A stretch of 64,000 bases of DNA from a virus. The DNA lies in the IMG/VR virus record IMGVR_UViG_3300045988_115953. One strand, given 5' to 3'. The stretch's first letter is position 1. Each line of letters opens with the position of its first letter. Shown here in pieces: positions 27,182-33,832 of the stretch. Both the position numbers and the translations under genes were made by a program. The notes below the pieces were generated by a model that was given only the letters and a program-made list of their open reading frames with translations, had not been told where the DNA came from and made no database searches.

Positions 27182-27278
27182 TGGTCGGCAGATAAGGAAT
27201 CGAACCTCACGGACTGGCTGTCAAGGGAATGAGATGGAAAGTGAATGTATTCAGCCTAATCCGCCGCCTGCTCTGCCG
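27182..27278 (-). ncRNA. tRNA-like element 3 (perfect acceptor stem, T arm, encoded CCA; 5-bp stem closing a 31-nt pyrimidine-rich loop)
   Basis: Minus-strand read: CGGCAGA-GCAGGCGGCGGATTA-GGCTG-[AATACATTCACTTTCCATCTCATTCCCTTGA]-CAGCC-AGTCCG-TGAGGTTCGATTCCTTA-TCTGCCG-A-CCA. 97 nt. I could not draw a canonical cloverleaf. Confidence 0.45.
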
Positions 27279-27457
27279 TAAACTGGCGATTCTCACGAAG
27301 GGCCAGACTTAAATAAAATATGACTAAAATTTTTTACCTTGTTTCGCTAAACAAGGATTTGAAGAACGATAAATATCAACTTCTCAAGTTTCTAAAAACT
27401 ACTACTAACCTAACAATCTCAAAATGAGAAAAAATATATGAGTATGATCTGTGCCTT

Positions 27458-27655
27458 CTAATACACTCGGTTTGCTGCGAGGAGCCGGTCGATGTCGCGT
27501 TTGCGATAGAACACGGTCTTTCCGACTTTGGAGTAGGGGAGCTGTCCGTTGGCTCTGAGGCCCTTGAAGAACTCCATCCCGACACCGAGGTATGCCTGCG
27601 CCTCCTTGTTGGATAGCCATATCTTTTCGATGGCTGTGACTGTCGCCTGTTTCAT
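27458..27655 (-). CDS. excisionase-family helix-turn-helix protein
   Basis: 65 aa: LSNKEAQAYLGVGMEFFKGLRANGQLPYSKVGKTVFYRKRDIDRLL fits the excisionase/HTH_17 pattern. Close to attP and the integrase. Confidence 0.6.
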   Translation of the reverse strand: MKQATVTAIEKIWLSNKEAQAYLGVGMEFFKGLRANGQLPYSKVGKTVFYRKRDIDRLLAANRVY

Positions 27656-27703
27656 AATCTTTCTTGTTTTGTTTGGTTTATGTTGTGGCGGCAGTACCGC
27701 CGA

Positions 27704-27877
27704 TTACCATCGCTTGACGTACCCGAGTTCGTGTGCTCGTTTGCGTATGAGGTTCTGGATGTCCGTGTCGGCGTCCCAAAGTAGGGCGCGTCGGACTGTC
27801 GCTACTCCGACTCCGCAGTCTTCTGCCAGCTTGACTTGGCATCCTCGTCGAAGTTTTATGGGTTTTCGCTTTGCCAT
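27704..27877 (-). CDS. Cro-like small HTH regulator (57 aa)
   Basis: Hand-translated: MAKRKPIKLRRGCQVKLAEDCGVGVATVRRALLWDADTDIQNLIRKRAHELGYVKRW. Divergent from the cI-like gene. Confidence 0.45.
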   Translation of the reverse strand: MAKRKPIKLRRGCQVKLAEDCGVGVATVRRALLWDADTDIQNLIRKRAHELGYVKRW

Positions 27878-27883
27878 TTAGAT

Positions 27884-27996
27884 TTATTTCGTTATATTTG
27901 CATATTAAACATATAATGAGCGTTTAGCGAGCTGTTGGGTTTGTTTCGCTTGCGCTCTGTCAACGATTGCAAAGGTAATAATTGCCAACGAAATAA
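27884..27996. promoter_or_regulatory. immunity-switch control region
   Basis: 10-bp inverted repeat TTATTTCGTT (27884-27893) / AACGAAATAA (27987-27996) brackets a plus-strand TATATTTG box (27893-27900) and a minus-strand TACCTTTG box (27970-27977). Both match TAnnTTTG. Confidence 0.4.
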
Positions 27997-28088
27997 CAAT
28001 GTTTTGTAGTTAAAATGTTGTTATTTTTAACTTGTTTTTACCTTTAAGCGTTGTTAGTGGGAAAATAAATACACAAATTAACAATACT

Positions 28089-28610
28089 ATGGAGGCGACG
28101 ATTAACAACACTTCGAAATCGGCAGTTATTTCGAGAATTAACGAATTAAAAGAACACCTTGGCTATTCGCAGGCAAGGTTAGCGGAACGGTGCGGTCTTT
28201 CCAAAAGTAACTTTTGCAAGATGTTAGGCGGTAGCCAAACAATTACAGACCAAACACTACACCGACTTGCAGACGAGTTCGGTGTTAGTTTTAGATGGCT
28301 GCGCAACGGCCTTGGTGAGATGTTTGCCGAGGAGAAAGCCATCGGCAAGGCGCAGTTTGCTGCCTTCAGCCAGATGCTCGACGCGAATACAAGCCCTGTG
28401 TCGCAGAATGTCATCAGCGGCGATAACTATCAAGGCACGCAGACGATAAACGGCACAGAGGGCGAAATAGTGGCATTGAGGCAGAAAGTGGAACTGTTGA
28501 AGTGTCTGCTTGACGAGAAGGACAAATTGCTTGAGGAGAAAGACAAGCTGATAAAAGAAAAAGACAAGCAGATTGACCTTATGCGTATTCTTATCAACGA
28601 CAAGAAGTAA
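28089..28610 (+). CDS. cI-like XRE-family repressor with coiled-coil C-terminus
   Basis: Start refined to ATG 28089 (MEATINN). HTH segment LGYSQARLAERCGLSKSNFCKMLGG, and C-terminal LLDEKDKLLEEKDKLIKEKDKQ. Confidence 0.65.
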   Translation: MEATINNTSKSAVISRINELKEHLGYSQARLAERCGLSKSNFCKMLGGSQTITDQTLHRLADEFGVSFRWLRNGLGEMFAEEKAIGKAQFAAFSQMLDANTSPVSQNVISGDNYQGTQTINGTEGEIVALRQKVELLKCLLDEKDKLLEEKDKLIKEKDKQIDLMRILINDKK

Positions 28611-28690
28611 AATGGTGGTAAAGGTAGTGGACTTTGTAAAATAAAAGACTGTAAACAAGTATTAATTAAGGAGTTACAAAAACAACAAAT

Positions 28691-28751
28691 CGTCTGGAAA
28701 GCGTGTAGGCGTCAAAAGCGTCTCGCAGGTTCGAATCCTGTTCTCTCCGCC
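28691..28751 (+). other. attP core: 3' two-thirds of a tRNA-Ser(GGA)-like gene
   Basis: CTGGAAA anticodon loop, GCGTG stem half, long variable arm (TAGGCGTCAAAAGCGTCTC), T arm GCAGGTTCGAATCCTGT and acceptor 3' strand TCTCTCC-G. No matching 5' acceptor strand or D arm upstream. Confidence 0.7.
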
Positions 28752-28769
28752 TGATAATCAGTGGGTTAC

Positions 28770-28811
28770 GCAATTAAGACGATTCCTGTGGGATCGTCTT
28801 AATTGCGTTTT
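28770..28811 (+). terminator. terminator that would serve the reconstituted tRNA after integration
   Basis: GCAATTAAGACGAT-N9-ATCGTCTTAATTGC (14-bp stem) followed by GTTTT. Confidence 0.6.
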
Positions 28812-28853
28812 AGGCGGTTTGAAATGGTGTTTTTAGGCGGTTTTGAGGGGTTT

Positions 28854-28889
28854 TGGTGGACTTATTGGTGGACTTTTTTAGTGGACTTT
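28854..28889 (+). repeat. arm-type integrase-binding-site candidates
   Basis: Three direct copies of (T/A)GTGGACTT at 28854, 28865 and 28879, with a fourth on the other arm (TAGTGGACTTT, 28625-28635). Also two copies of GTTTTAGGCGGTTT at ~28807 and ~28831. Confidence 0.5.
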
Positions 28890-28908
28890 TAATCAAAAAC
28901 CGATTGTT

Positions 28909-30093
28909 ATGAGGTATTTTATCAGTACTAAGGAGAGTAAAAGGAACGAGAGCGGGATGATTCCCGTATCGGTGGTGTTCCGTCACGAGGGTAGGGAGTT
29001 TGCTGCTTCAACTGGCATAGCGGTGAAGTACGCAATGAACGGCATGGTGTTCTCGGCAGAGGAGCCTAATCTGAAAGCCAAGACAAGGAGGCTTATGTGT
29101 ATCATGGACGAGGTGGATAGGTATGTCCTTGAGCACGTGGATTCGGATTATGAGCGGATGAAGGAGGATTTGCGCTGCATCGTTACGGGCAAGGACCCGA
29201 GGGAAAAGAGGTCGCTTGCAAGTTTTGTGCGTGAGTTTGCCGAACTGAAGAGTGGGAGTACAAGGAAAATATATCTCAGGACGGCGGCGTTGATTGAAGG
29301 CTATGCGCCTGAGGCGACGTTCGGTTCTGTGAACGGCTCGTGGCTTGACGGCTTCGTGCGGTCTATTGGCGAGAATGCAAGCGTGAACTATGCTGCCATC
29401 AACCTGAGGAACATACGTGCGGTGTTTAACTGGGCGATAGACAACGAATGGACATCGTGCTATCCGTTCAGACGCTACAATATAAAGTCGGAGAAGGTGG
29501 CAATCAACAATATCTCGCTGGAGCAGCTGAGGGCGGTGCGTGACTTTCCTCTTGATGACTGGCGTCGGATTTACCGGGACTTATTCATGTTGTCGTTCTA
29601 TCTGTGCGGCATCAATCCTGCGGACTTGCTGCGATTGAAGGCGTCGGATATGAAAAACGGGCGTATTCGCTACAAACGAGCGAAGACAGGGCATTTGTTT
29701 GACATTCCAGTACCGAAGCCCGCTGAGGAGATTATAAGCCGCTGGAGGGGCAGGAAATGGCTTCTATGCCCTCTTGACAACTATTCCGACTACAGGGGCT
29801 TTTATTGTCACTGGAATGCTGCTCTGAAGAAAATCGGCAGTCTGGAGCTTGCCCCTGACAAGTCGGGTGGGTTGCGCAAGAAGGTCTGGTGTCCGATTGT
29901 GGAGGGTCTGACGACGTACACGGCTCGGTATACGTTTGCGAGCATCGCCGCGGAGCTTGAGATTCCGCGTGAGACGATAGCTCTTTGTCTCGGTCATTCG
30001 TGGGCTGATGTGACGAGCCACTACATCGCCTATGACACTAAGCGCATAGATGATGCGGTGGCTCGGATTGTGGCTTACGTGGAGGGGAGCTGA
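28909..30093 (+). CDS. tyrosine recombinase / phage integrase 1
   Basis: 394 aa with a SAM-like N-domain. Catalytic region TARYTFASIAAELEIPRETIALCLGHSWADVTSHYIAY (R...HxxR-type...Y). Adjacent to attP. Confidence 0.85.
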   Translation: MRYFISTKESKRNESGMIPVSVVFRHEGREFAASTGIAVKYAMNGMVFSAEEPNLKAKTRRLMCIMDEVDRYVLEHVDSDYERMKEDLRCIVTGKDPREKRSLASFVREFAELKSGSTRKIYLRTAALIEGYAPEATFGSVNGSWLDGFVRSIGENASVNYAAINLRNIRAVFNWAIDNEWTSCYPFRRYNIKSEKVAINNISLEQLRAVRDFPLDDWRRIYRDLFMLSFYLCGINPADLLRLKASDMKNGRIRYKRAKTGHLFDIPVPKPAEEIISRWRGRKWLLCPLDNYSDYRGFYCHWNAALKKIGSLELAPDKSGGLRKKVWCPIVEGLTTYTARYTFASIAAELEIPRETIALCLGHSWADVTSHYIAYDTKRIDDAVARIVAYVEGS

Positions 30094-30458
30094 GGGTTGT
30101 CAAGCTCGATACTGACGTAGATTTGGCAGAAATCGTAGGCGAACTGCTTGAGTGGCTTGCCTGCGGCTTCTGCCTTTCTTGTTTCCTCGCTGAGGGTTTC
30201 GAGGTCGGGTGGCGGGAGCTGCGGCTGAGGGGTCAGCTGTAAGGCTTCGTCGTCGAAACGGAGTAAGATGCGGATGAACTCGCGTTGGAGGTCGTCGTAG
30301 GATGTGATGTCGCCGGCTGCTGCTGCGTAGAGCGCTTCCATCGCGAGCTTGTCATACTTGCTGCGCAATGCTGCCATCTGCTTGGCTTCCGGCGGAAGCT
30401 GGCTGTGCAGCTCCTCGGCTCTGGCCTTGAGGTTCTGTAGGTGTTCTTCGTTGTCCAT
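30075..30458 (-). CDS. hypothetical helical protein
   Basis: Start refined to ATG 30458 (MDNEEHLQNLKARAEEL). Convergent with integrase 1, with a 19-nt overlap. Confidence 0.45.
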   Translation of the reverse strand: MDNEEHLQNLKARAEELHSQLPPEAKQMAALRSKYDKLAMEALYAAAAGDITSYDDLQREFIRILLRFDDEALQLTPQPQLPPPDLETLSEETRKAEAAGKPLKQFAYDFCQIYVSIELDNPQLPST

Positions 30459-30506
30459 ATCTGTTTTGCTGTTTAAAAAAAATAAAAAAATGACACACAC
30501 GCTTCA

Positions 30507-30740
30507 CAGCTCTCGCGTGCGAGAGTGTGAGTATATAGATGTTATGTATAGCTATTAGGATATATGAATGTATATGAATATATACTAATAGCTATATATA
30601 ATATCTATATATATATAGTGCGATCGCATGCAATCGCATAGGCATAATCGGACGCATTGATAATCAGTGAGTTACGACGATAAAAATACGTCGGAAAATA
30701 CGTCTGATTATGCGATTTATGCGATCGCATTTTTCGCATG
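30507..30740. promoter_or_regulatory. palindrome- and repeat-rich spacer
   Basis: Near-palindrome CACAGCTCTCGCGTGCGAGAGTGTG (~30507-30531), a TA-rich run with TATATGAAT x2, and perfect palindromes TGCGATCGCA (~30619-30628) and ATGCGATCGCAT (~30719-30730) plus extra ATGCGAT half-sites. Confidence 0.4.
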
Positions 30741-30755
30741 TTTTCGGAGGTGTTT

Positions 30756-31790
30756 TTACTGGTCTTCGGGATAGTCTTTTCCGACCGCATGGAGGGCGTT
30801 CATCTCGCGTTCGGCGCGTTCTGCTCCGGGTATCTGGAAGGCTGCGAATGTCTCGGGTGAGAGTCCGATTTCTCCGACGATGTAACGCTGCGTCATGGAG
30901 ATGTTGGGGACGTTGCCTGACATGTGTCCCATGCAGAGGGCTATCTGCTCGATGGGGATGCCTTTGAGCGCGAGGTTGGTGGCGAAGGAGCGGCGACCGG
31001 TGTGTGAGGAGACGAACTCCCACTTGTGTCCTCTCTGCGTGCGTCCTGCGCGGAAGACCTTGGTGATGGTGCCTATTCCGCAGGCTCGGCAGATGTCGCG
31101 TATGTTGTCGTTGTAGCATCTGACGGAGATTTCTCTCGGCTCGGTGGGGGATACGCGTTGCAGATAGATGCGCAGCCACGGATGGATGGGGACCTTGACG
31201 ACGGTCTTGGTCTTGTGCGAGACGTACGAGATGACGCGTCCGTCCTCGCTGATGTTGTCCGGCGAGAGTGTGAGGCAGTCGGAGAGGCGTGCTCCGCACA
31301 GGCATTCGAGCATGAAGATGCGCTTGGCGTGCTTGGCTGCTTTGGTGCGTGGCGTGAACTCGTGGATGCGCCGTATCTCGTCGTCGGTGAGCGCCACGGA
31401 CTGCGACGGGACTTTCTTTGTGCGCAGGACTGTCCCGAAATTGAGTGACGGGACGGGCTTGGAGGAGTTTTCGCGTATGATGGCGTTGACTTCGGCGAAG
31501 ATGGTCTTCGCTGAGTTTGGCGCGTATGATGACGCTATCTCCTCTCGGAAGTCGCGTAGGTTGTCGTCGGTGAGGTCTTCCCACATGGGCGGGCGTCCGA
31601 CTATGCCCTTGAAGATGTTGACCACCTTTACTCGTCCCGGATGTTTCCATATCCAGGCTCCGTAGAAGGTGTGGCGCCAGGGATAGCCGTCGTATGTGGC
31701 GAAATAGCCTTGTCGGATGGCATTGGCGTACTTTTCCTGCTGTTCGGGAGTGAGCATCTCCTGCCAGCGTCTTGTCTTGAGTTGTGTCAT
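30756..31790 (-). CDS. tyrosine recombinase 2
   Basis: 344 aa. C-terminal TGRRSFATNLALKGIPIEQIALCMGHMSGNVPNISMTQRYI carries the R...HxxR-like...Y catalytic pattern. A minus-strand TACCTTTG box at 31831-31838 lies upstream. Confidence 0.8.
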   Translation of the reverse strand: MTQLKTRRWQEMLTPEQQEKYANAIRQGYFATYDGYPWRHTFYGAWIWKHPGRVKVVNIFKGIVGRPPMWEDLTDDNLRDFREEIASSYAPNSAKTIFAEVNAIIRENSSKPVPSLNFGTVLRTKKVPSQSVALTDDEIRRIHEFTPRTKAAKHAKRIFMLECLCGARLSDCLTLSPDNISEDGRVISYVSHKTKTVVKVPIHPWLRIYLQRVSPTEPREISVRCYNDNIRDICRACGIGTITKVFRAGRTQRGHKWEFVSSHTGRRSFATNLALKGIPIEQIALCMGHMSGNVPNISMTQRYIVGEIGLSPETFAAFQIPGAERAEREMNALHAVGKDYPEDQ

Positions 31791-31931
31791 AATATGATGG
31801 ATTAAGACTTCCTCATCTCTTTCCCTTTTGCAAAGGTATAATATTATAATATAATATGGATGGGAAGTGGATGGTTTAACTTGGTTTTAACATTGTGCGC
31901 ATCTGGATGTGCTTTTTGGCATTAAACGGAA

Positions 31932-31972
31932 AATCCGCAATAAGGGACTTTTTGTGTCGGTTATTGCGGATT
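31932..31972 (-). terminator. rho-independent terminator of the lipoprotein gene
   Basis: AATCCGCAATAA-N17-TTATTGCGGATT (12-bp stem), followed on the minus strand by TTTTCCGTTT. Confidence 0.6.
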
Positions 31973-31986
31973 CATTGGGATACGAT

Positions 31987-32586
31987 TTACTGGTTGTAAA
32001 ACAGATTTTTGAGATGATATTTTTCTACGATGCTGTCTTGTAGAGCAACAAAGACAAGCATGGAATAAGTATCGTTTCCCCAACCTGGGGCAGCCTCAGA
32101 CTTGGTTATGGTGAGAGAAACCGTTTTTGTAGGAGATTCCCATGTGTATTCTTGAGATTTCCTCTTAAACAGCTTCTGGTCGTCTTCTTCCGGTGAACCT
32201 ACAGTCATTTTGTACTGGCGGGCAGACATGTACTTGAAGAATTTGGTTACATCGGACTGAAAAGCGTCTTTGTTAGCATAAGGATCGCTGATGTACGACA
32301 AGCTGTTGACACGACCATCCTTATGGCGTATTAAAGCCTGACATTTAAAGGCTATACCTGCAAATGTGTTGTCAGTAAGCAGATAGAAGTTTTCGTAGTC
32401 TATCTCTGGTACTGCCAATCCTTTCTTCACAAGATTAAGGACGGTGTCTCCCATCTGGATTTTTTCATTCAGGTAAAGACTACTGTCTGCTTTTGGGAGG
32501 TTCTCGGCTTTTGATGGATTTCCTTCACAAGAGAATGACAGGGCAACAATGGCGAGCGGAATAAATGGAAGCTTTTTTGATTTCAT
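31987..32586 (-). CDS. lipoprotein (moron candidate)
   Basis: Signal peptide with lipobox (AIVALSFS|C). Has its own terminator. Confidence 0.6.
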   Translation of the reverse strand: MKSKKLPFIPLAIVALSFSCEGNPSKAENLPKADSSLYLNEKIQMGDTVLNLVKKGLAVPEIDYENFYLLTDNTFAGIAFKCQALIRHKDGRVNSLSYISDPYANKDAFQSDVTKFFKYMSARQYKMTVGSPEEDDQKLFKRKSQEYTWESPTKTVSLTITKSEAAPGWGNDTYSMLVFVALQDSIVEKYHLKNLFYNQ

Positions 32587-32708
32587 AATTTTAAGAAGAT
32601 AATTGTTATAAGTGTGGCCTCTGTAATTTCAAGATAGGTTGTTCTTTGCGTGAGACTACAAAATATTTAAGAGAGGAAGTTTGCATAATAGTTGTAAGTG
32701 GCTCAGGT

Positions 32709-32765
32709 GGGCCTTACTGGGCCTATCTGAGCCTCTTTAGGTGATGGGCCTCGCTGGGCCTCTTT
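32709..32765 (+). repeat. 10-bp-phased RRGCCT array (5 units)
   Basis: GGGCCT-TACT-GGGCCT-ATCT-GAGCCT-CTTT ... GGGCCT-CGCT-GGGCCT-CTTT. Confidence 0.6.
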
Positions 32766-33132
32766 ATCTGATGTGGTCGGCTATGCGGAGGACCTTGTGC
32801 TTGCGGTGGAGGTCGGCAATCTCGTCGCGGAGCTGTTCGATCGTGCGCTTCAATCCGGCGTTTGCGGCGTCCCTGCGCTCGATTTCGGCATGGAGGTTCT
32901 TGACGGTGTCTTGTAGCTTGCCGATGCGGTAATTGAGCATATTGTTATCGCTCTTCGCTTTTTCTGCCTGTCTTTGTAACTCGGCTTCGCCTGTATTGCT
33001 CTTTCGGAGGGTGTCGTTCTCTTTGCGAAGCATGCAGATGAGGTCGAGGAGCTTCTGATAGTTGCGTAGGATGTGGAGCATCTGATGCTCGAATGGTACG
33101 TCTTCGTTGATTTTTCTTTGTGGTCTATACAT
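32764..33132 (-). CDS. coiled-coil protein
   Basis: 122 aa with heptad-like, Q/E/K/L-rich sequence. Confidence 0.5.
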   Translation of the reverse strand: MYRPQRKINEDVPFEHQMLHILRNYQKLLDLICMLRKENDTLRKSNTGEAELQRQAEKAKSDNNMLNYRIGKLQDTVKNLHAEIERRDAANAGLKRTIEQLRDEIADLHRKHKVLRIADHIR

Positions 33133-33417
33133 ATTATAATGTCTTTAAAGTCGGTTTTTCTCTTCTTGTGTGATGGTTCCGCCTCTTGTCGGTAGGCAGT
33201 CGAGGACGATGCCTTTGTAGGACTTGGCGTGATGGGCTTCGAGGATGTCGGCTTCCGCATGATCGTCCAGCATGCACATAGCAATTCCTTACCTTGTTTC
33301 GGCTTTAAGGTCAGAACGACCCACGGATAGAGGAAGCTGTCGGCGTCTGTGATGGTATACATTTGTTAAAACTGTTAATGTTTGTGAATGGGTATTGCAT
33401 ATTGGTTTTTTAATGAC

Positions 33418-33425
33418 TACATTTG
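33418..33425 (+). promoter_or_regulatory. candidate -7 box for the repeat-mimic RNA
   Basis: TACATTTG matches the Bacteroidota TAnnTTTG motif, 18 nt before unit U1. Confidence 0.35.
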
Positions 33426-33442
33426 CAATGTCTTCGGAGGGG

Positions 33443-33504
33443 CTATTTAAATCGTACCTTTATGGAATCGCGATTTTTTAATTGTACTTTTATGGAATTG
33501 AAAT
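33443..33504 (+). CRISPR. two tandem solitary repeat units U1/U2 resembling 30-nt type I-B/III-family CRISPR repeats
   Basis: U2 (33475-33504) is TTTTTAATTGTACTTTTATGGAATTGAAAT. Compare the GTTTTAATT...TATGG...AATTGAAAT repeat family, which has an ATTGAAAT 5'-handle. U1 (33443-33474, CTATTTAAATCGTACCTTTATGGAATCGCGAT) is 23/30 identical to U2 but has a changed 3' end. There is no spacer between them. Confidence 0.5.
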
Positions 33505-33518
33505 AAAAGACACCCTCC

Positions 33519-33552
33519 GTTGACTGTCAGCCTTCGGGCTGTGGATTGAAAC
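33519..33552 (+). CRISPR. solitary type I-C-like CRISPR repeat unit (U3)
   Basis: GTTGACTGTCAGCCTTCGGGCTGTGGATTGAAAC: a 5-bp stem with a TTCG loop, followed by TGGATTGAAAC. That 11-mer is identical to the 5' handle of type I-C repeats such as GTCGCGCCCCGCACGGGCGCGTGGATTGAAAC. Confidence 0.7.
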
Positions 33553-33585
33553 GCTCACAAAGAGCTAATTTCTACTATCGTAGAT
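33553..33585 (+). CRISPR. solitary type V-A (Cas12a)-like repeat unit (U4)
   Basis: GCTCACAAAGAGCTAATTTCTACTATCGTAGAT ends in AATTTCTAC-TATC-GTAGAT. This is the canonical Cas12a crRNA handle (AAUUUCUAC-loop-GUAGAU). Confidence 0.7.
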
Positions 33586-33606
33586 TCGAGACCAATGGTC
33601 TTTCGC

Positions 33607-33631
33607 AGCCCGGCTTAGGTCGGGCTTTTTT
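33607..33631 (+). terminator. rho-independent terminator of the repeat-mimic RNA
   Basis: AGCCCG-GCTTAGGT-CGGGCT followed by TTTTTT. The T-run is on the plus strand only. Confidence 0.6.
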
Positions 33632-33788
33632 ATTTCTGATTCCTCCAAATCTCGTAATCATCCCAAGACTCAAAGCCAAGATAACCATCTACGACTGCCA
33701 CAACTTTAGAAGCCCAAGGCATCGCATCAATGGCTTTCTTCCTCCAATAGCTTGTATGTTTTTGACATTCATAAAAACCTGTTTTCAT
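33630..33788 (-). CDS. 52-aa hypothetical protein (below ORF-track cutoff)
   Basis: Hand-translated: MKTGFYECQKHTSYWRKKAIDAMPWASKVVAVVDGYLGFESWDDYEIWRNQK. Convergent with the repeat-mimic RNA. Confidence 0.4.
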   Translation of the reverse strand: MKTGFYECQKHTSYWRKKAIDAMPWASKVVAVVDGYLGFESWDDYEIWRNQK

Positions 33789-33832
33789 ATATTTGACTTA
33801 CCGTGATGTCGAGGGCTGAATAAGTTATAATA

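Noticed and set aside
28691-28751. Intact tRNA-Ser gene
   Set aside because: Only the portion from the anticodon loop to the 3' end is present. Upstream sequence cannot form the acceptor 5' strand, the D arm or the 5' half of the anticodon stem. This is consistent with an attP core.
27001-28753. TTCTCTCCGCCTG present at ~27002 and 28741 as attL/attR-type duplication
   Set aside because: Only 13 nt are shared, and roughly 30 such 13-mer coincidences are expected by chance in a 64-kb window. The flanks show no further similarity.
30664-31650. 328-aa Arg/His/Pro-rich ORF
   Set aside because: It lies entirely within, and out of frame with, tyrosine recombinase 2 (30756-31790). Its composition is typical of an alternative frame of a GC-rich gene.
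32850-33362. 170-aa ORF overlapping 32764-33132
   Set aside because: Most of it is an alternative frame of the coiled-coil gene. The unique part (33133-33362) may hold one or two small genes (MYTITDADSFLYPWVVLTLKP... and, in another frame, MCMLDDHAEADILEAHHAKSYKG...), but the frames conflict and I could not resolve them.
33443-33585. Genuine CRISPR array
   Set aside because: The units are of different repeat families, abut each other without spacers and each occurs once. No cas genes or leader-like region occur in 64 kb. I interpret them as solitary repeat mimics.
33546-33806. 86-aa plus-strand ORF starting at TTG inside the I-C-like repeat
   Set aside because: It runs through the Cas12a-like repeat and the terminator and is antisense to a better 52-aa minus-strand ORF (33630-33788).
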